Of a stretch of 49,595 bases of DNA, positions 16,972-28,969 are shown in pieces (the first letter of the stretch is position 1; every line of letters starts with the position of its first letter). The stretch is taken from positions 1-49,595 of the forward strand of contig JBLIRN010000021.1 of assembly GCA_049472315.1 (NCBI GenBank). The letters run 5' to 3'. Under the pieces are notes generated by a model. The model searched no databases and had not been told where the DNA came from. It was given only the letters and a program-made list of their open reading frames with translations. The translations under genes and the position numbers were made by a program. The stretch comes from a bacterium. Lineage in GTDB: Bacteria; SZUA-182; DTGQ01; JAFGSM01.

Positions 16972-17000
16972 TTGACAAACATACGCATTATTGCTATAGT
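16972..17000 (+). promoter_or_regulatory. Sigma70 promoter upstream of metK
   Basis: TTGACA-N17-TATAGT with an extended -10 TG, about 320 nt before the metK ATG. Confidence 0.75.
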
Positions 17001-17184
17001 GAGCAATAATTTATTCAGGTTTTATGTAAATATTTTTGTATACACCGAAAAGGCGTTCCAAGAATAAACAGCATCACCTTCGCCCGGGTCAATGCGTCAT
17101 ACAGGTCCCTTATGGTTCCAGTCCTCTTTCGGTTGTTTCTTTCATTCATTCGTGTATTTTCAGATAGAAGACTATGGGAACGTC

Positions 17185-17211
17185 CAGGAACCGATTCGGA
17201 TTCCTGTTTTT
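17185..17211 (+). terminator. Intrinsic terminator-like hairpin within the metK leader
   Basis: CAGGAACCG-ATT-CGG(A)TTCCTG followed by TTTTT. Confidence 0.5.
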
Positions 17212-17318
17212 AATGAGGATGCAGTGCACATCAGTTTATACCCGAGTCAATGACAAGGATTCTTTCATCGGCACCATCCATAACCCCTGTTAGGGAAATG
17301 CAATAGGAGGATGTTGTA

Positions 17319-19761
<2,443 letters not shown>

Positions 19762-19824
19762 CGGGAGTCACAGAAGGTTATCCCCCAAATGGTCGATATA
19801 ATATGACAGCAGGGCAATGAGGAC

Positions 19825-20352
19825 ATGGAAACGAGAGCCCGTGAACGGTGTCCTTTTTTCAGATACGCGCTCTTCGGTTTCGCGGTTATCCTCTTCCCTT
19901 TCTTCTGTATGGCGGGTCCTGGGGCGTATGAATATTCCCAGAAAATAACCGCCCTTCACGTGAGTCGGGTTACCGAAGAAGATCTGAGGTGGGAGCTGAC
20001 GGCAGATGAGGCCCTGGTCCGGGAAAACGGAGAGCGGGCCGTCCTGAGGCGGGTTGCCCTCCGCTATTATCTCGTACCTGGTCAGGATATAGTGTTGAGC
20101 GGAGATCAAGCGGTGGCTGACTTCTCCACCAATACCATTACCGTGCAGGGAGAGGTGAGGGTGAAATCGTATCTCGGCATCTCCCTGGACACAGAGTCCC
20201 TGGTGTGGAACGGCAATGAACGGGCGATTACCACCCAGGAACGGATCACTATACGAAGGCCGAACATGGAAATGAGCGGCTGCGGGCTGGAGGCTGATCT
20301 GGACCTCGAGAGGATCCGGATCAGGGCGGATGCAAAGACGGTTATTTATTGA
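19825..20352 (+). CDS. lptC: LPS export protein LptC
   Basis: N-terminal TM segment then beta-jellyroll-like sequence (WELTADEA, LDTESLVWN, MSGCGLEADL); upstream of lptA-lptB. Confidence 0.8.
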   Translation: METRARERCPFFRYALFGFAVILFPFFCMAGPGAYEYSQKITALHVSRVTEEDLRWELTADEALVRENGERAVLRRVALRYYLVPGQDIVLSGDQAVADFSTNTITVQGEVRVKSYLGISLDTESLVWNGNERAITTQERITIRRPNMEMSGCGLEADLDLERIRIRADAKTVIY

Positions 20353-20839
20353 AGGTTTTATCATTTGCCTGGTCATGGTTTTTTCCTGTTCCCTGAGTGC
20401 GGAGACACTGTTGGAAAAGGCGGAGGATGGTTCACCGGATATACCGATTACCATCAGTTCCCAAAAGGTTGATCTCAACAACCAGAAAAGGGAGGCATTG
20501 TATTACGGGGATGTCAAGGTAACCAGGGCCGATATGACCCTTACCGCAGATACCCTCAAGGTGCTCTTCAGGGAAACGGATCAGGGGATACATGTGATTC
20601 ATGCACGCGGCCATGTAAAGATCTGGTGGAAGGATCGTTATGCCGAGGCAGAGGAGGGGATCTACGATGAACATGCGCAGACCATCCTCCTTACCGGTTT
20701 CCCAAAAACGTGGTATGATGAGAATATGGTGAGAGGTGAGAGTATCACGTACGATCTTAAAGAAGACAAGGTGGTGGTGGAGGGGGGAGTGGAGACAATC
20801 ATCCAGGTGGAGCCGGGTTCTGTAGGAAAGGCCCCTTGA
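20330..20839 (+). CDS. lptA: LPS transport periplasmic protein LptA (OstA family)
   Basis: Signal peptide; PITISSQ, YYGDVKVTRADMTLTADTL, ARGHVKI, GESITYDL. Confidence 0.88.
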   Translation: MQRRLFIEGFIICLVMVFSCSLSAETLLEKAEDGSPDIPITISSQKVDLNNQKREALYYGDVKVTRADMTLTADTLKVLFRETDQGIHVIHARGHVKIWWKDRYAEAEEGIYDEHAQTILLTGFPKTWYDENMVRGESITYDLKEDKVVVEGGVETIIQVEPGSVGKAP

Positions 20840-20840
20840 T

Positions 20841-21578
20841 ATGCCCCCTGTTTATAACGAGACCCTGCAGGTGCAGGAGGTGGCAAAGTCGTATCGTTAC
20901 AAGGAGGTGGTGCACAAGGTTTCCTTGTGTGTACGACGAGGAGAGGTGGTGGGCCTCCTCGGGCCGAACGGCGCGGGGAAAACCACCATTTTCAAGATGA
21001 TCGTAGGGCTGGTTAAGCCCGATCAAGGACATATATACTTGAACGATCAGGAAATCGAGGATGAGCCCATGTACAAGCGGGCGCGGATGGGGCTCGGGTA
21101 CCTGCCCCAGGATCCGTCCATCTTCAGGAGATTGTCGGTGGAGGACAATCTGAGGGCTGTTCTGGAGGGATTATCCTCGGATCGGGCCCGGCAAAAGGCG
21201 AAACTGGAGGAAACCCTCACGGAACTCGAATTGGCGCATTTGAGGAATCAGAAGGCGGATACCCTTTCGGGTGGCGAGCGAAGACGGCTGGAGATCGCGC
21301 GGGCGCTGGTAACCGAACCTCTATTTATGCTGCTCGATGAGCCGTTTGTCGGGATTGACCCGAAGGCGGTGGGAGGAATTCAGGATATCGTCGGGCATCT
21401 TAAGGGAAAGGGGTTCGGGGTGATCATCACCGATCACAATGTCCGGGAAACACTTGCGATTACTGATCGGTCGTATATAATCTTCGAGGGGAGTGTGCTG
21501 ATGGAAGGCACCTCTTCTGAACTGGTTAACAATGAACAGGCAAAGGAGGTGTATCTCGGCGATCGGTTCTGTCTGTAG
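20841..21578 (+). CDS. lptB: LPS export ABC transporter ATP-binding protein
   Basis: GLLGPNGAGKTT, GYLPQDPSIFRRLSV, LSGGERRRLEIARAL, ITDHNVRETL, VYLGDRF. Confidence 0.96.
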   Translation: MPPVYNETLQVQEVAKSYRYKEVVHKVSLCVRRGEVVGLLGPNGAGKTTIFKMIVGLVKPDQGHIYLNDQEIEDEPMYKRARMGLGYLPQDPSIFRRLSVEDNLRAVLEGLSSDRARQKAKLEETLTELELAHLRNQKADTLSGGERRRLEIARALVTEPLFMLLDEPFVGIDPKAVGGIQDIVGHLKGKGFGVIITDHNVRETLAITDRSYIIFEGSVLMEGTSSELVNNEQAKEVYLGDRFCL

Positions 21579-21599
21579 ATCCATGAAATGGGCAAATTG

Positions 21600-21628
21600 T
21601 TGACAAGAAATTTATATTATGTTATTGT
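21600..21628 (+). promoter_or_regulatory. Sigma70 promoter upstream of the HU/IHF gene
   Basis: TTGACA-N17-TATTGT with an extended -10 TG in AT-rich intergenic DNA. Confidence 0.65.
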
Positions 21629-21694
21629 TAATAATGATATTATAGGTTATGCTTCAACTTTCCGGGCTGTTGTGTTGGGTGAAAGGAGGTCCAC

Positions 21695-21970
21695 ATGACC
21701 AAGGCTGATTTGGTGATGGAGGTTGCCAAGCAGACATCGTTGACCAAAAAGGAATCAGAGACGGTCATAAAGACGATTTTCGGGAGCATAAGCGAGGCAT
21801 TGAGCGCCGGAGACAAGGTGGAATTGCGAGGCTTCGGGAGCTTCAGGGTTCGGGACCGAAAGTCGCGACAGGGAAGAAATCCGAAAACGGGCGATACCGT
21901 GAAGGTTCCTGCCAAAAAGGTGCCGTTCTTCAAGGCAGGCAAAGAATTAAGGGCTATGGTTGACTATTAA
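21695..21970 (+). CDS. HU/IHF-family nucleoid protein (IHF-beta-like)
   Basis: MTKADLV...KVELRGFGSF..R.R..RQGRNPKTG..V.VPAKKVPFFKAGKELR; SD AAGGAGGT. Confidence 0.95.
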   Translation: MTKADLVMEVAKQTSLTKKESETVIKTIFGSISEALSAGDKVELRGFGSFRVRDRKSRQGRNPKTGDTVKVPAKKVPFFKAGKELRAMVDY

Positions 21971-22041
21971 GGAATTTGATAACCATCCCTGAATGTATTA
22001 GAACGGGATTGCACTACGGGAAGTTGCAGAGACTTCCGGCA

Positions 22042-22070
22042 GTATTCCTTGGTTCGATCCCAGGGAATAC
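22042..22070 (+). terminator. 11-bp hairpin between the HU/IHF gene and rpoN (possible weak terminator or processing site)
   Basis: GTATTCCTTGG-TTCGATC-CCAGGGAATAC followed by CTTTGGATTGTTTG. Confidence 0.4.
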
Positions 22071-22104
22071 CTTTGGATTGTTTGCAGATTAAAAGGGGAT
22101 TGCC

Positions 22105-23580
22105 ATGGGCTTAGAGATGAAACAGACACTCAGCATGAAATTGACCCAGAGGTTAATGATGACTCCTATGCTGCAGCAGTCCATTAAACTGCTTCAGTTG
22201 TCGAAATTGGAGCTGACTCAATTGGTTCATCAGGAGCTCCAGGAAAATCCTATGCTCGAGGAGGTTCAGTCCGAGGTGCAGGAGCGTTCATCGGAAGATG
22301 AGACGCATGATTGGGAGAAGGATTCGATACGGCCTGAAGACATCAAATTGAGCGACGCCGAGCAACTCTATAGTGCCAGTGCAAACGACGATTTTGACTG
22401 GGAGGGTTTTCTCAATGACTCGGGAGACACCGGATACTATTCGGAACCCGAGGAGAGGGAGGTGCCGCCCCTCGAGAATATTCTCACCCGTCCCCAGACG
22501 CTGCAAAACTACCTCTTGTGGCAATTGCGCATGTCCTCCGTAGAGGAGCAGGAATTTTGGGTGGGTGAATTCATCATCGGCAACATCGATGAGAATGGGT
22601 ATCTCAGGGAGAGCCTCGATGAGATTGCACAGGAACTCTCCGTTCCCCAAGAATTGGTCGGGAAGGTCCTTGCCAAGGTTCAGACATTTGATCCGGTGGG
22701 GGTGGGAGCCCGGGATCCTCAGGAATGCCTGCTTCTGCAGATAACGGAGGAGAAGCCGGAGAGAAGGGCCCTTCTTGAAAGGATCGTTCGTGATCATCTT
22801 CATCACCTGGAATTGAAGGAATATCCGGCAATTGCGAAGGATTTGGGCATCAGCATCGACGACGTGATCGACCTGGCAAAGGTCATCCTGAGTTACGATC
22901 CGAAACCGGGCCGGAGATTCGATCCCGAGGGATCATTCTATATTGTCCCGGATGTCTTTGTGTACAAAGTGGATGATGAATACGTGCTGACACTCAATGA
23001 TGAGGGGCTGCCTCAATTAAGGGTGAGCAATGCCTATAAGCGAATCCTGAGGAATGGACATAAGGCCCCTGATCAAACCAGGAAGTACGTGGAGGAAAAG
23101 CTCAGGTCGGCGGTATGGCTGATAAAGAGCATTCAACAGCGGCAGCGGACCCTCTTCAATGTGGCCTCGAGCATCGTGCGGTTCCAGCGTGAATTTTTGG
23201 ACAAGGGACTGGCGTATCTGAGGCCCCTGACATTGATGGACGTTGCCAATGATGTTTCCATGCATGAATCCACGATCAGCCGGGTGACCACGAATAAGTA
23301 TATCTATACCCCCAGGGGTATTTTTGAATTGAAATTCTTTTTTAATCCAGGCTTTAAAAGGGCCCAAGGCGATTACATCTCGTCGGTCAGGGTAAAGGAA
23401 TTGATCAAGGAGATGATCAAGAATGAAGATGGCCGGAAGCCCCTGAGTGATAAGCAGATCTTACAGATGTTGAAACAACGGGGGATCAATATCGCGCGGA
23501 GGACGATTGCCAAGTACCGCGATGAGCTCAATATCCTCCCTTCCCAGCGAAGGAAGGTCCTTTATCCGCGTCGGTCTTAA
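22105..23580 (+). CDS. rpoN: RNA polymerase sigma-54 factor
   Basis: Q/L-rich region I (MTPMLQQSIKLLQL), MHESTISRVT HTH, RpoN box ARRTIAKYR. Confidence 0.98.
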   Translation: MGLEMKQTLSMKLTQRLMMTPMLQQSIKLLQLSKLELTQLVHQELQENPMLEEVQSEVQERSSEDETHDWEKDSIRPEDIKLSDAEQLYSASANDDFDWEGFLNDSGDTGYYSEPEEREVPPLENILTRPQTLQNYLLWQLRMSSVEEQEFWVGEFIIGNIDENGYLRESLDEIAQELSVPQELVGKVLAKVQTFDPVGVGARDPQECLLLQITEEKPERRALLERIVRDHLHHLELKEYPAIAKDLGISIDDVIDLAKVILSYDPKPGRRFDPEGSFYIVPDVFVYKVDDEYVLTLNDEGLPQLRVSNAYKRILRNGHKAPDQTRKYVEEKLRSAVWLIKSIQQRQRTLFNVASSIVRFQREFLDKGLAYLRPLTLMDVANDVSMHESTISRVTTNKYIYTPRGIFELKFFFNPGFKRAQGDYISSVRVKELIKEMIKNEDGRKPLSDKQILQMLKQRGINIARRTIAKYRDELNILPSQRRKVLYPRRS

Positions 23581-23845
23581 GAGAGCCCTTTCCGCCTGTT
23601 TTAAAAAAGATGTGCACCTTATAAAGCAGCCTGGATAATGAACAGCAGGTCGACAGATGCGGAATGAACTGGGTGTGGCAAGTTTCTTCTATCCCTCCTC
23701 CTCTCTACCCTTTTTCCCGATTCTTATATATAATAGTGTGTTTATTGCGATATCTCCGGTGTCCGAATACCGGCGAGAGGGGTCCTTGAAGGGATATACA
23801 TGGATCCAGGGAACCCGTATAGATCTTTTGTGAAGGAGGATATAC

Positions 23846-24394
23846 ATGCAGTTATCAATTACCGCTCGACATATGGAATTGACAGAAGCCCTCAAAGAGC
23901 ATGTAAGGAACAGAATAGACCGCCTCACCAAATATGGTGATGATATCATCGAGGCCAACGCCACTCTTTCGGTCGAAAAGTACCGTCACAGCGCTGAGAT
24001 AACGCTCATCGTCAACGGGACGACGTTCAACAGCGTGGACATGACGGAGAATATGTATACCTCGATAGATCGGGTGATTGACAAGCTGGAACGGCAACTT
24101 AAAAAGTTCAAGGGGAAACGCAAGGGCCACAAGCACAGGAAGGATCTCAAGGAGATGTTGATGCCCGCGGATGTATTCAGTCCCGATCAGTCCGAGGTGG
24201 AGGCGGAAAGGATGCGCCTTGTCAAATCGGTAAAGGTTGCCCTGAGGACAATGAATCTGAATGAGGCATTGGAAAATCTCGAACTGAATGATACGGATTG
24301 TTTCTTGTTCGTGAACGATAAAACCGATACAATTAATGTTCTGTACAGAAATACCGACGGAAAATTATTGCTCATGGAACCAGAGGAGGTATGA
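23846..24394 (+). CDS. hpf: Ribosome hibernation promoting factor (long HPF)
   Basis: ITARHMELTEALK...MYTSID..IDKLERQLKKFK plus C-terminal domain (MNLNEAL...INVLYR..DG...LMEP); SD AAGGAGG. Confidence 0.92.
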   Translation: MQLSITARHMELTEALKEHVRNRIDRLTKYGDDIIEANATLSVEKYRHSAEITLIVNGTTFNSVDMTENMYTSIDRVIDKLERQLKKFKGKRKGHKHRKDLKEMLMPADVFSPDQSEVEAERMRLVKSVKVALRTMNLNEALENLELNDTDCFLFVNDKTDTINVLYRNTDGKLLLMEPEEV

Positions 24395-24427
24395 ATCCTG
24401 TCGAAAGAGAGGTTGGGAGGTCCATCA

Positions 24428-24907
24428 ATGAAAGTGGCAGAATTGAAACTTATCGATCTTTTGCCTGAGAAGGTGATCGCCCCGGATTTACAGGCCGATA
24501 ATAAGACGGACGTATTGAGGGAACTGGTCGGCCTTCTGTATCAGGCGGGAAGGATCGATGACCAGGAAAAGGTATTGGAAGTGCTCCTCGATCGGGAAAG
24601 GCTCGGAAGCACCGGGGTAGGATATGGCGTCGCCATTCCTCATGGGAAATACAACAGTATCGAGAATCTGATTGCCGCATTCGGACGATCGAAGAAGGGG
24701 ATCGATTTCGATGCGGTGGACAATAAGCCGGTTCACATCTTTTTTCTGTTTTTGGCTCCCGAAAATGCCGCCAATCTTCATCTGCGGGTCTTGGCCCGGA
24801 GTTGCCGCCTTTTGAAGCGGGACACCTTTCGGGAGTCATTGATGCATGCGGAAAATGAAGGCGAAATCGTGAAGATCATTGCCAGAGAGGAAGGTGCCAT
24901 GCCATAG
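24428..24907 (+). CDS. ptsN: PTS EIIA, Ntr/fructose type
   Basis: RERLGSTGVGYGVAIPHGK, GIDFDAVDNKPVHIFF, HLRVLA; canonical position after hpf. Confidence 0.9.
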   Translation: MKVAELKLIDLLPEKVIAPDLQADNKTDVLRELVGLLYQAGRIDDQEKVLEVLLDRERLGSTGVGYGVAIPHGKYNSIENLIAAFGRSKKGIDFDAVDNKPVHIFFLFLAPENAANLHLRVLARSCRLLKRDTFRESLMHAENEGEIVKIIAREEGAMP

Positions 24908-25021
24908 ACAGGGGGTGATAGAGAGTGAAGGGGGCAGGCCGCAGCGTTATATCCCTGCTCCCGGCGTAAGGGTACTCAATGAGGAAAGGATTTTAACAAG
25001 CAAAGATGGTTGCTTCCGGAT

Positions 25022-25996
25022 ATGCCTAATACGAAATTTCTTACGATTAAAAAACTTATCGAAGAGAGGAAAGACTATTTAGAAATCGCGCTTATCTCAG
25101 GCAAATCCGGATTGCTTAACAAGATCCGCAAGACACGCATCCAACGACCAGGACTTGCCTTGTCCGGGTACATGGACAAAATGGACCCTCAGCGGATCCA
25201 GGTACTCGGAAGTACGGAACTCGCCTATCTCGACTCTTTGGAAGCAGAAAGGCGCAGAGAGATCCTTGCTACGATCACCCGTTTTCCCCTGTGTTGCATT
25301 CTTATAACCAAGGGATTGGACCCCCCTCCAGAGTTGCTGGAGTTATCCGAACAGCGTGGCATCCCGATCATTCAATCCGTATTGCAAAGTTCCATACTGA
25401 TTCGGCGCCTGACATACTATCTTGAAGAAGAATTGGCCGAGGAGATGAGCGTACACGGTTCTTTGCTTGATATCTTCGGCCTGGGGGTACTTATTCTCGG
25501 CAAAAGCGGCATAGGAAAGAGCGAATGCGCCCTGGATCTGTTGGATAGGGGGCATCAGGTTGTTGCGGACGATATCGTCAGGATATCCCTGTGGCCCCCG
25601 GATACCCTCATAGGAAGCGGATACGACCTGACCCGGTATCACCTCGAGATACGGGGTATTGGAATCATCGATGTGAGGGCGCTTTTCGGCGTTGCATCGG
25701 TCAGAAAGAAATCGAAGGTTGAATTGGCGATCGTACTGGATGAGTGGAAAAAAACCGAAGAGGAGAATCGAACCGGCCTTGAGGAAAATACCACCGAATT
25801 TCTCGGGGTCCAGATTCCCATGATTCGAATGCCGCTCGCCCCCGGCCGCAATATGGGGGTCATTATTGAGGTGGCGGTACGCAATTTTTTTCTGAAAAAA
25901 GAGGGAATCAATTCGGCCATGGTCTTGGACCGACAGGTGAAGATGAACAGTGTGAAGAAAAGATCTGCGGGTAAGGGAAGAATAGGGAGGGTGTGA
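25022..25996 (+). CDS. hprK: HPr kinase/phosphorylase
   Basis: RPGLALSGY, GKSGIGKSECALDL, VVADD, LEIRGIGII, PGRN..VIIEVA; start ATG 25022 or TTG 25010. Confidence 0.96.
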   Translation: MPNTKFLTIKKLIEERKDYLEIALISGKSGLLNKIRKTRIQRPGLALSGYMDKMDPQRIQVLGSTELAYLDSLEAERRREILATITRFPLCCILITKGLDPPPELLELSEQRGIPIIQSVLQSSILIRRLTYYLEEELAEEMSVHGSLLDIFGLGVLILGKSGIGKSECALDLLDRGHQVVADDIVRISLWPPDTLIGSGYDLTRYHLEIRGIGIIDVRALFGVASVRKKSKVELAIVLDEWKKTEEENRTGLEENTTEFLGVQIPMIRMPLAPGRNMGVIIEVAVRNFFLKKEGINSAMVLDRQVKMNSVKKRSAGKGRIGRV

Positions 25997-26001
25997 GAGG
26001 T

Positions 26002-26433
26002 ATGATTGGTGTGGTTATCGTAGCCCACGGGCAACTGGCTCATGCGTTCAAGGAGGCGACCGAGACGATCATGGGGACGCAGGGAAATTTCATCGCCGTG
26101 TCTGTCGGGGCTCAAGAGAAGGTTGATTATGCGAGCAGGAAGTTGAAGGAGGCGATCGCCAAGGTGGATGAAGGGAGCGGGGTGCTCATTCTGACGGATA
26201 TGTTTGGGGGTACCCCCTCGAACCTGAGTCTATCCTTTTTGGACGAGAGGCGCGTGGAGGTATTGACCGGCGTCAATCTTCCCATCCTCCTGAAGCTTAT
26301 GAGTCTGAGAAATGAAACGGAGGATCTGGATGTCTTGAAGGAAACCCTCTGCCGTTACGGCAGGGAAAAGATCATTGCTGCGAGTGACCTGCTGAACCAG
26401 AGACTTGTCAAGCAAGGTGCAAAACCCAAATGA
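26002..26433 (+). CDS. PTS EIIA, mannose type
   Basis: MIGVVIVAHG, GVLILTDMFGGTPSN, VLTGVNLP. Confidence 0.93.
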   Translation: MIGVVIVAHGQLAHAFKEATETIMGTQGNFIAVSVGAQEKVDYASRKLKEAIAKVDEGSGVLILTDMFGGTPSNLSLSFLDERRVEVLTGVNLPILLKLMSLRNETEDLDVLKETLCRYGREKIIAASDLLNQRLVKQGAKPK

Positions 26434-28595
26434 AACCGGTTTTCTTCATCCTTGGGATACACAACCATCAACCAATTGGTAATTTTGACTTTGTATGTGA
26501 AAATGCCTTTCAGAAGGCATACTGGCCATTTCTCCAGACCCTGGCCAGACACCCCTATATCAAGGCGTGCCTTCACTATTCAGGCATATTATGGGAATGG
26601 CTCGAATTTTCACACCCGGAGATGCTCGATCTATGCCATCGGCTCCTGGAGAAAAAACAGATAGAGCTTCTCTCGGGGGGATTCTACGAACCGATCCTCA
26701 CCATCATCCCCGACACTGATAAGATCGGGCAGATGAAGAAAATGGAATCGTATCTCGACCGGAAGTTCGGGATACGGCCCCGTGGGATATGGCTTGCAGA
26801 GCGGGTGTGGGAGCCGGGGCTGCCCAAGTTTATACAGGATGCCGGATTGGAGTATGTGATCGTGGACGACCGGCACTTCCTGGCAACCGGGCTCGAACAG
26901 CCCGATCTCCATGGGTATTATATAACGGATGATCAGGGAAGGGCCGTGAAGGTGTTTCCCGGCAGCAAGGAGTTGCGCTATCTGATCCCGTTCCAGACGC
27001 CCGAAAGGGTTATTGAATACCTCGACAGCATTCGATGTCTGAAAACCGGCGACCTTGCAATGATGGGGGACGACGGCGAGAAATTCGGCATCTGGCCGGG
27101 GACGTATCGATGGGTGTATGAACAGGGATGGCTGGAATCCTTTTTCAGCATGATCGAGAAAAACAGTGACTGGCTCAGAATGTGTACCTATTCCGAATAC
27201 CTCCAGGAACGGGCCCCCCTGGGGCAGATCTATCTGCCCACCGGAAGCTATGCGGAGATGGAGGAATGGGCCCTCCCCGTGAATGCGCAGGAGCAATTCC
27301 ACTCACTCCTGGATCGCTTGGGCCGGGAAAACCTTAACCATAATGCCTATAGCTTCGTGAGAGGGGGATTATGGCGAAACTTTCTGTGTAAGTACAGGGA
27401 GGGAAATATCATCTACAACAGGATGTTGCAGGTAAGCGGGAAGATACATGATGCGGCGACGCTCATCGACACCACGGCAGAAGGGGGAGATTCCTCCGAG
27501 TGGCTTACCGCTGCCAGGGAGGAGCTCTGGAAGGGGCAATGTAACGATGCCTATTGGCATGGGCTTTTCGGGGGACTCTACCTTCCACATCTGCGATCCG
27601 CCCTCTATGCGCATCTCATTCGCGCGGACAATCTCATTGAGGAACACCGGCATTCAACCCCTCATTGGGTGGAATGGCATTTGAAGGATATGAACCATGA
27701 CGGGTTCGAGGAGATCGAGATAAATACCGATACATACTGCCTTTTTGTCGATCCCCACGGAGGAGGTGTGATCTACGAATGGGATTTCCGCCCCAAGTGC
27801 TTCAATGTCATAAATTCCTTTATTCGAAGGCCGGAGGGATATCACCGGAAGATTCTCCGTCTCGCCTCCCAGGGGAAGAACGCCGCTGCCGAAGAGGTGA
27901 GGAGTATCCATGATATGGAAGGCACGCAGGTGGAGGGCCTCGAAAAGATCCTGGTATATGATCGATACAACCGAAACAGCCTCATGGATCATTTCATTCC
28001 TGCATCGACCACCTTTGAACAATTTTCTCAATTGAACTATCAGGAGATCGGCGATTTTTTGCAGCGCCCTTACTCCTCTACAATGGAAAGGAACAAGGAA
28101 CGCCTTGCAATCCGTCTTGTGCGTCAGGGGGGCATGGAGCCCTCGGGCCTGGTCGGCCTTGCCAAGACACTCATCCTTTCCCCTGGTGATACAGTGGTCA
28201 GGATACTATACGATATCGATAATCTCGGTAAAACCGTTGTTGATGCGTTGTTCGGGGTGGAGTTCAATTTCAATCTCCTGGCAGGCAGGGCCGATGACCG
28301 CTTTTTCCGCCTTGATGACCGTGTCCCTGCAGAGCCATACCTGGCGAGCCGCGGGGAGGTGGAGGGAATAAACAGGATCTGTCTGGTTGATACAAGCATG
28401 GGGCTTGAGATAGGGATTCATGCCCATGAAAAGACCGGTTTATGGCGATTCCCCATTGAGACCGCGTCGAATTCAGAGTCAGGATTCGAGAAGGTCTACC
28501 AGAGTTCCACGCTCTTTCTTCATTGGCCGATCCTCCTTCGGTCAGGAGAGCATCTGCGGTTGAGCCTGGACTGTTGGGTGAGGGAGATTCCCTGA
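26430..28595 (+). CDS. GH57 alpha-amylase / 4-alpha-glucanotransferase
   Basis: HNHQPIGNF, GIWLAERVW (nucleophile Glu), GDDGEKFG (acid/base Asp), QCNDAYWHGLFGGLYLPHLR, C-terminal SESGFE..YQ. Confidence 0.93.
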   Translation: MKPVFFILGIHNHQPIGNFDFVCENAFQKAYWPFLQTLARHPYIKACLHYSGILWEWLEFSHPEMLDLCHRLLEKKQIELLSGGFYEPILTIIPDTDKIGQMKKMESYLDRKFGIRPRGIWLAERVWEPGLPKFIQDAGLEYVIVDDRHFLATGLEQPDLHGYYITDDQGRAVKVFPGSKELRYLIPFQTPERVIEYLDSIRCLKTGDLAMMGDDGEKFGIWPGTYRWVYEQGWLESFFSMIEKNSDWLRMCTYSEYLQERAPLGQIYLPTGSYAEMEEWALPVNAQEQFHSLLDRLGRENLNHNAYSFVRGGLWRNFLCKYREGNIIYNRMLQVSGKIHDAATLIDTTAEGGDSSEWLTAAREELWKGQCNDAYWHGLFGGLYLPHLRSALYAHLIRADNLIEEHRHSTPHWVEWHLKDMNHDGFEEIEINTDTYCLFVDPHGGGVIYEWDFRPKCFNVINSFIRRPEGYHRKILRLASQGKNAAAEEVRSIHDMEGTQVEGLEKILVYDRYNRNSLMDHFIPASTTFEQFSQLNYQEIGDFLQRPYSSTMERNKERLAIRLVRQGGMEPSGLVGLAKTLILSPGDTVVRILYDIDNLGKTVVDALFGVEFNFNLLAGRADDRFFRLDDRVPAEPYLASRGEVEGINRICLVDTSMGLEIGIHAHEKTGLWRFPIETASNSESGFEKVYQSSTLFLHWPILLRSGEHLRLSLDCWVREIP

Positions 28596-28692
28596 TACGT
28601 GAATGAATACGTGAGGGTACGACACGAATGACCAGTGAACTGCGCGCCTGCATTATTTGTAATGTTAACGGAAAACGCTGACACGTGATTCC

Positions 28693-28962
28693 ATGCCGAG
28701 ACGGACAACGACAATCAAAAATACCCTTGGACTTCACCTTCGTGCGGCATCGAAGCTGGTCAAACTTGCCCACAATTATGAATCGGAGATCTCTTTGCTC
28801 AAGGACAACATCAAGGCAAACGGAAAGAGCATGCTGGGTATTGTGACCCTCGGCGCCACCCGTGGATCCACACTGGAGATCATCACGGAGGGCCCTGATG
28901 CACAGAAGCTCCTTGACGCGGTTGTTCAGCTCATTGAGCGGAATTTTGACGAGGAGGATTGA
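28693..28962 (+). CDS. ptsH: Phosphocarrier protein HPr
   Basis: GLHLRAAS (phospho-His) and NGKSMLGI (regulatory Ser). Confidence 0.95.
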   Translation: MPRRTTTIKNTLGLHLRAASKLVKLAHNYESEISLLKDNIKANGKSMLGIVTLGATRGSTLEIITEGPDAQKLLDAVVQLIERNFDEED

Positions 28963-28969
28963 ACACCCC

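Noticed and set aside
17174..17293. 39-codon upstream ORF with three Met and two Cys in the metK leader
   Set aside because: No SD and no Met run typical of attenuator peptides; chance ORF likely.
17001..17318. Known SAM-I riboswitch upstream of metK
   Set aside because: Core consensus elements not found by eye; kept only as an unclassified leader.
22019..22075. tRNA gene
   Set aside because: T-loop-like hairpin only; no cloverleaf, D-arm or CCA.
23676..23691. Sigma54 promoter before hpf (TGGCAAGTTTCTTCT)
   Set aside because: The -12 GC is missing.
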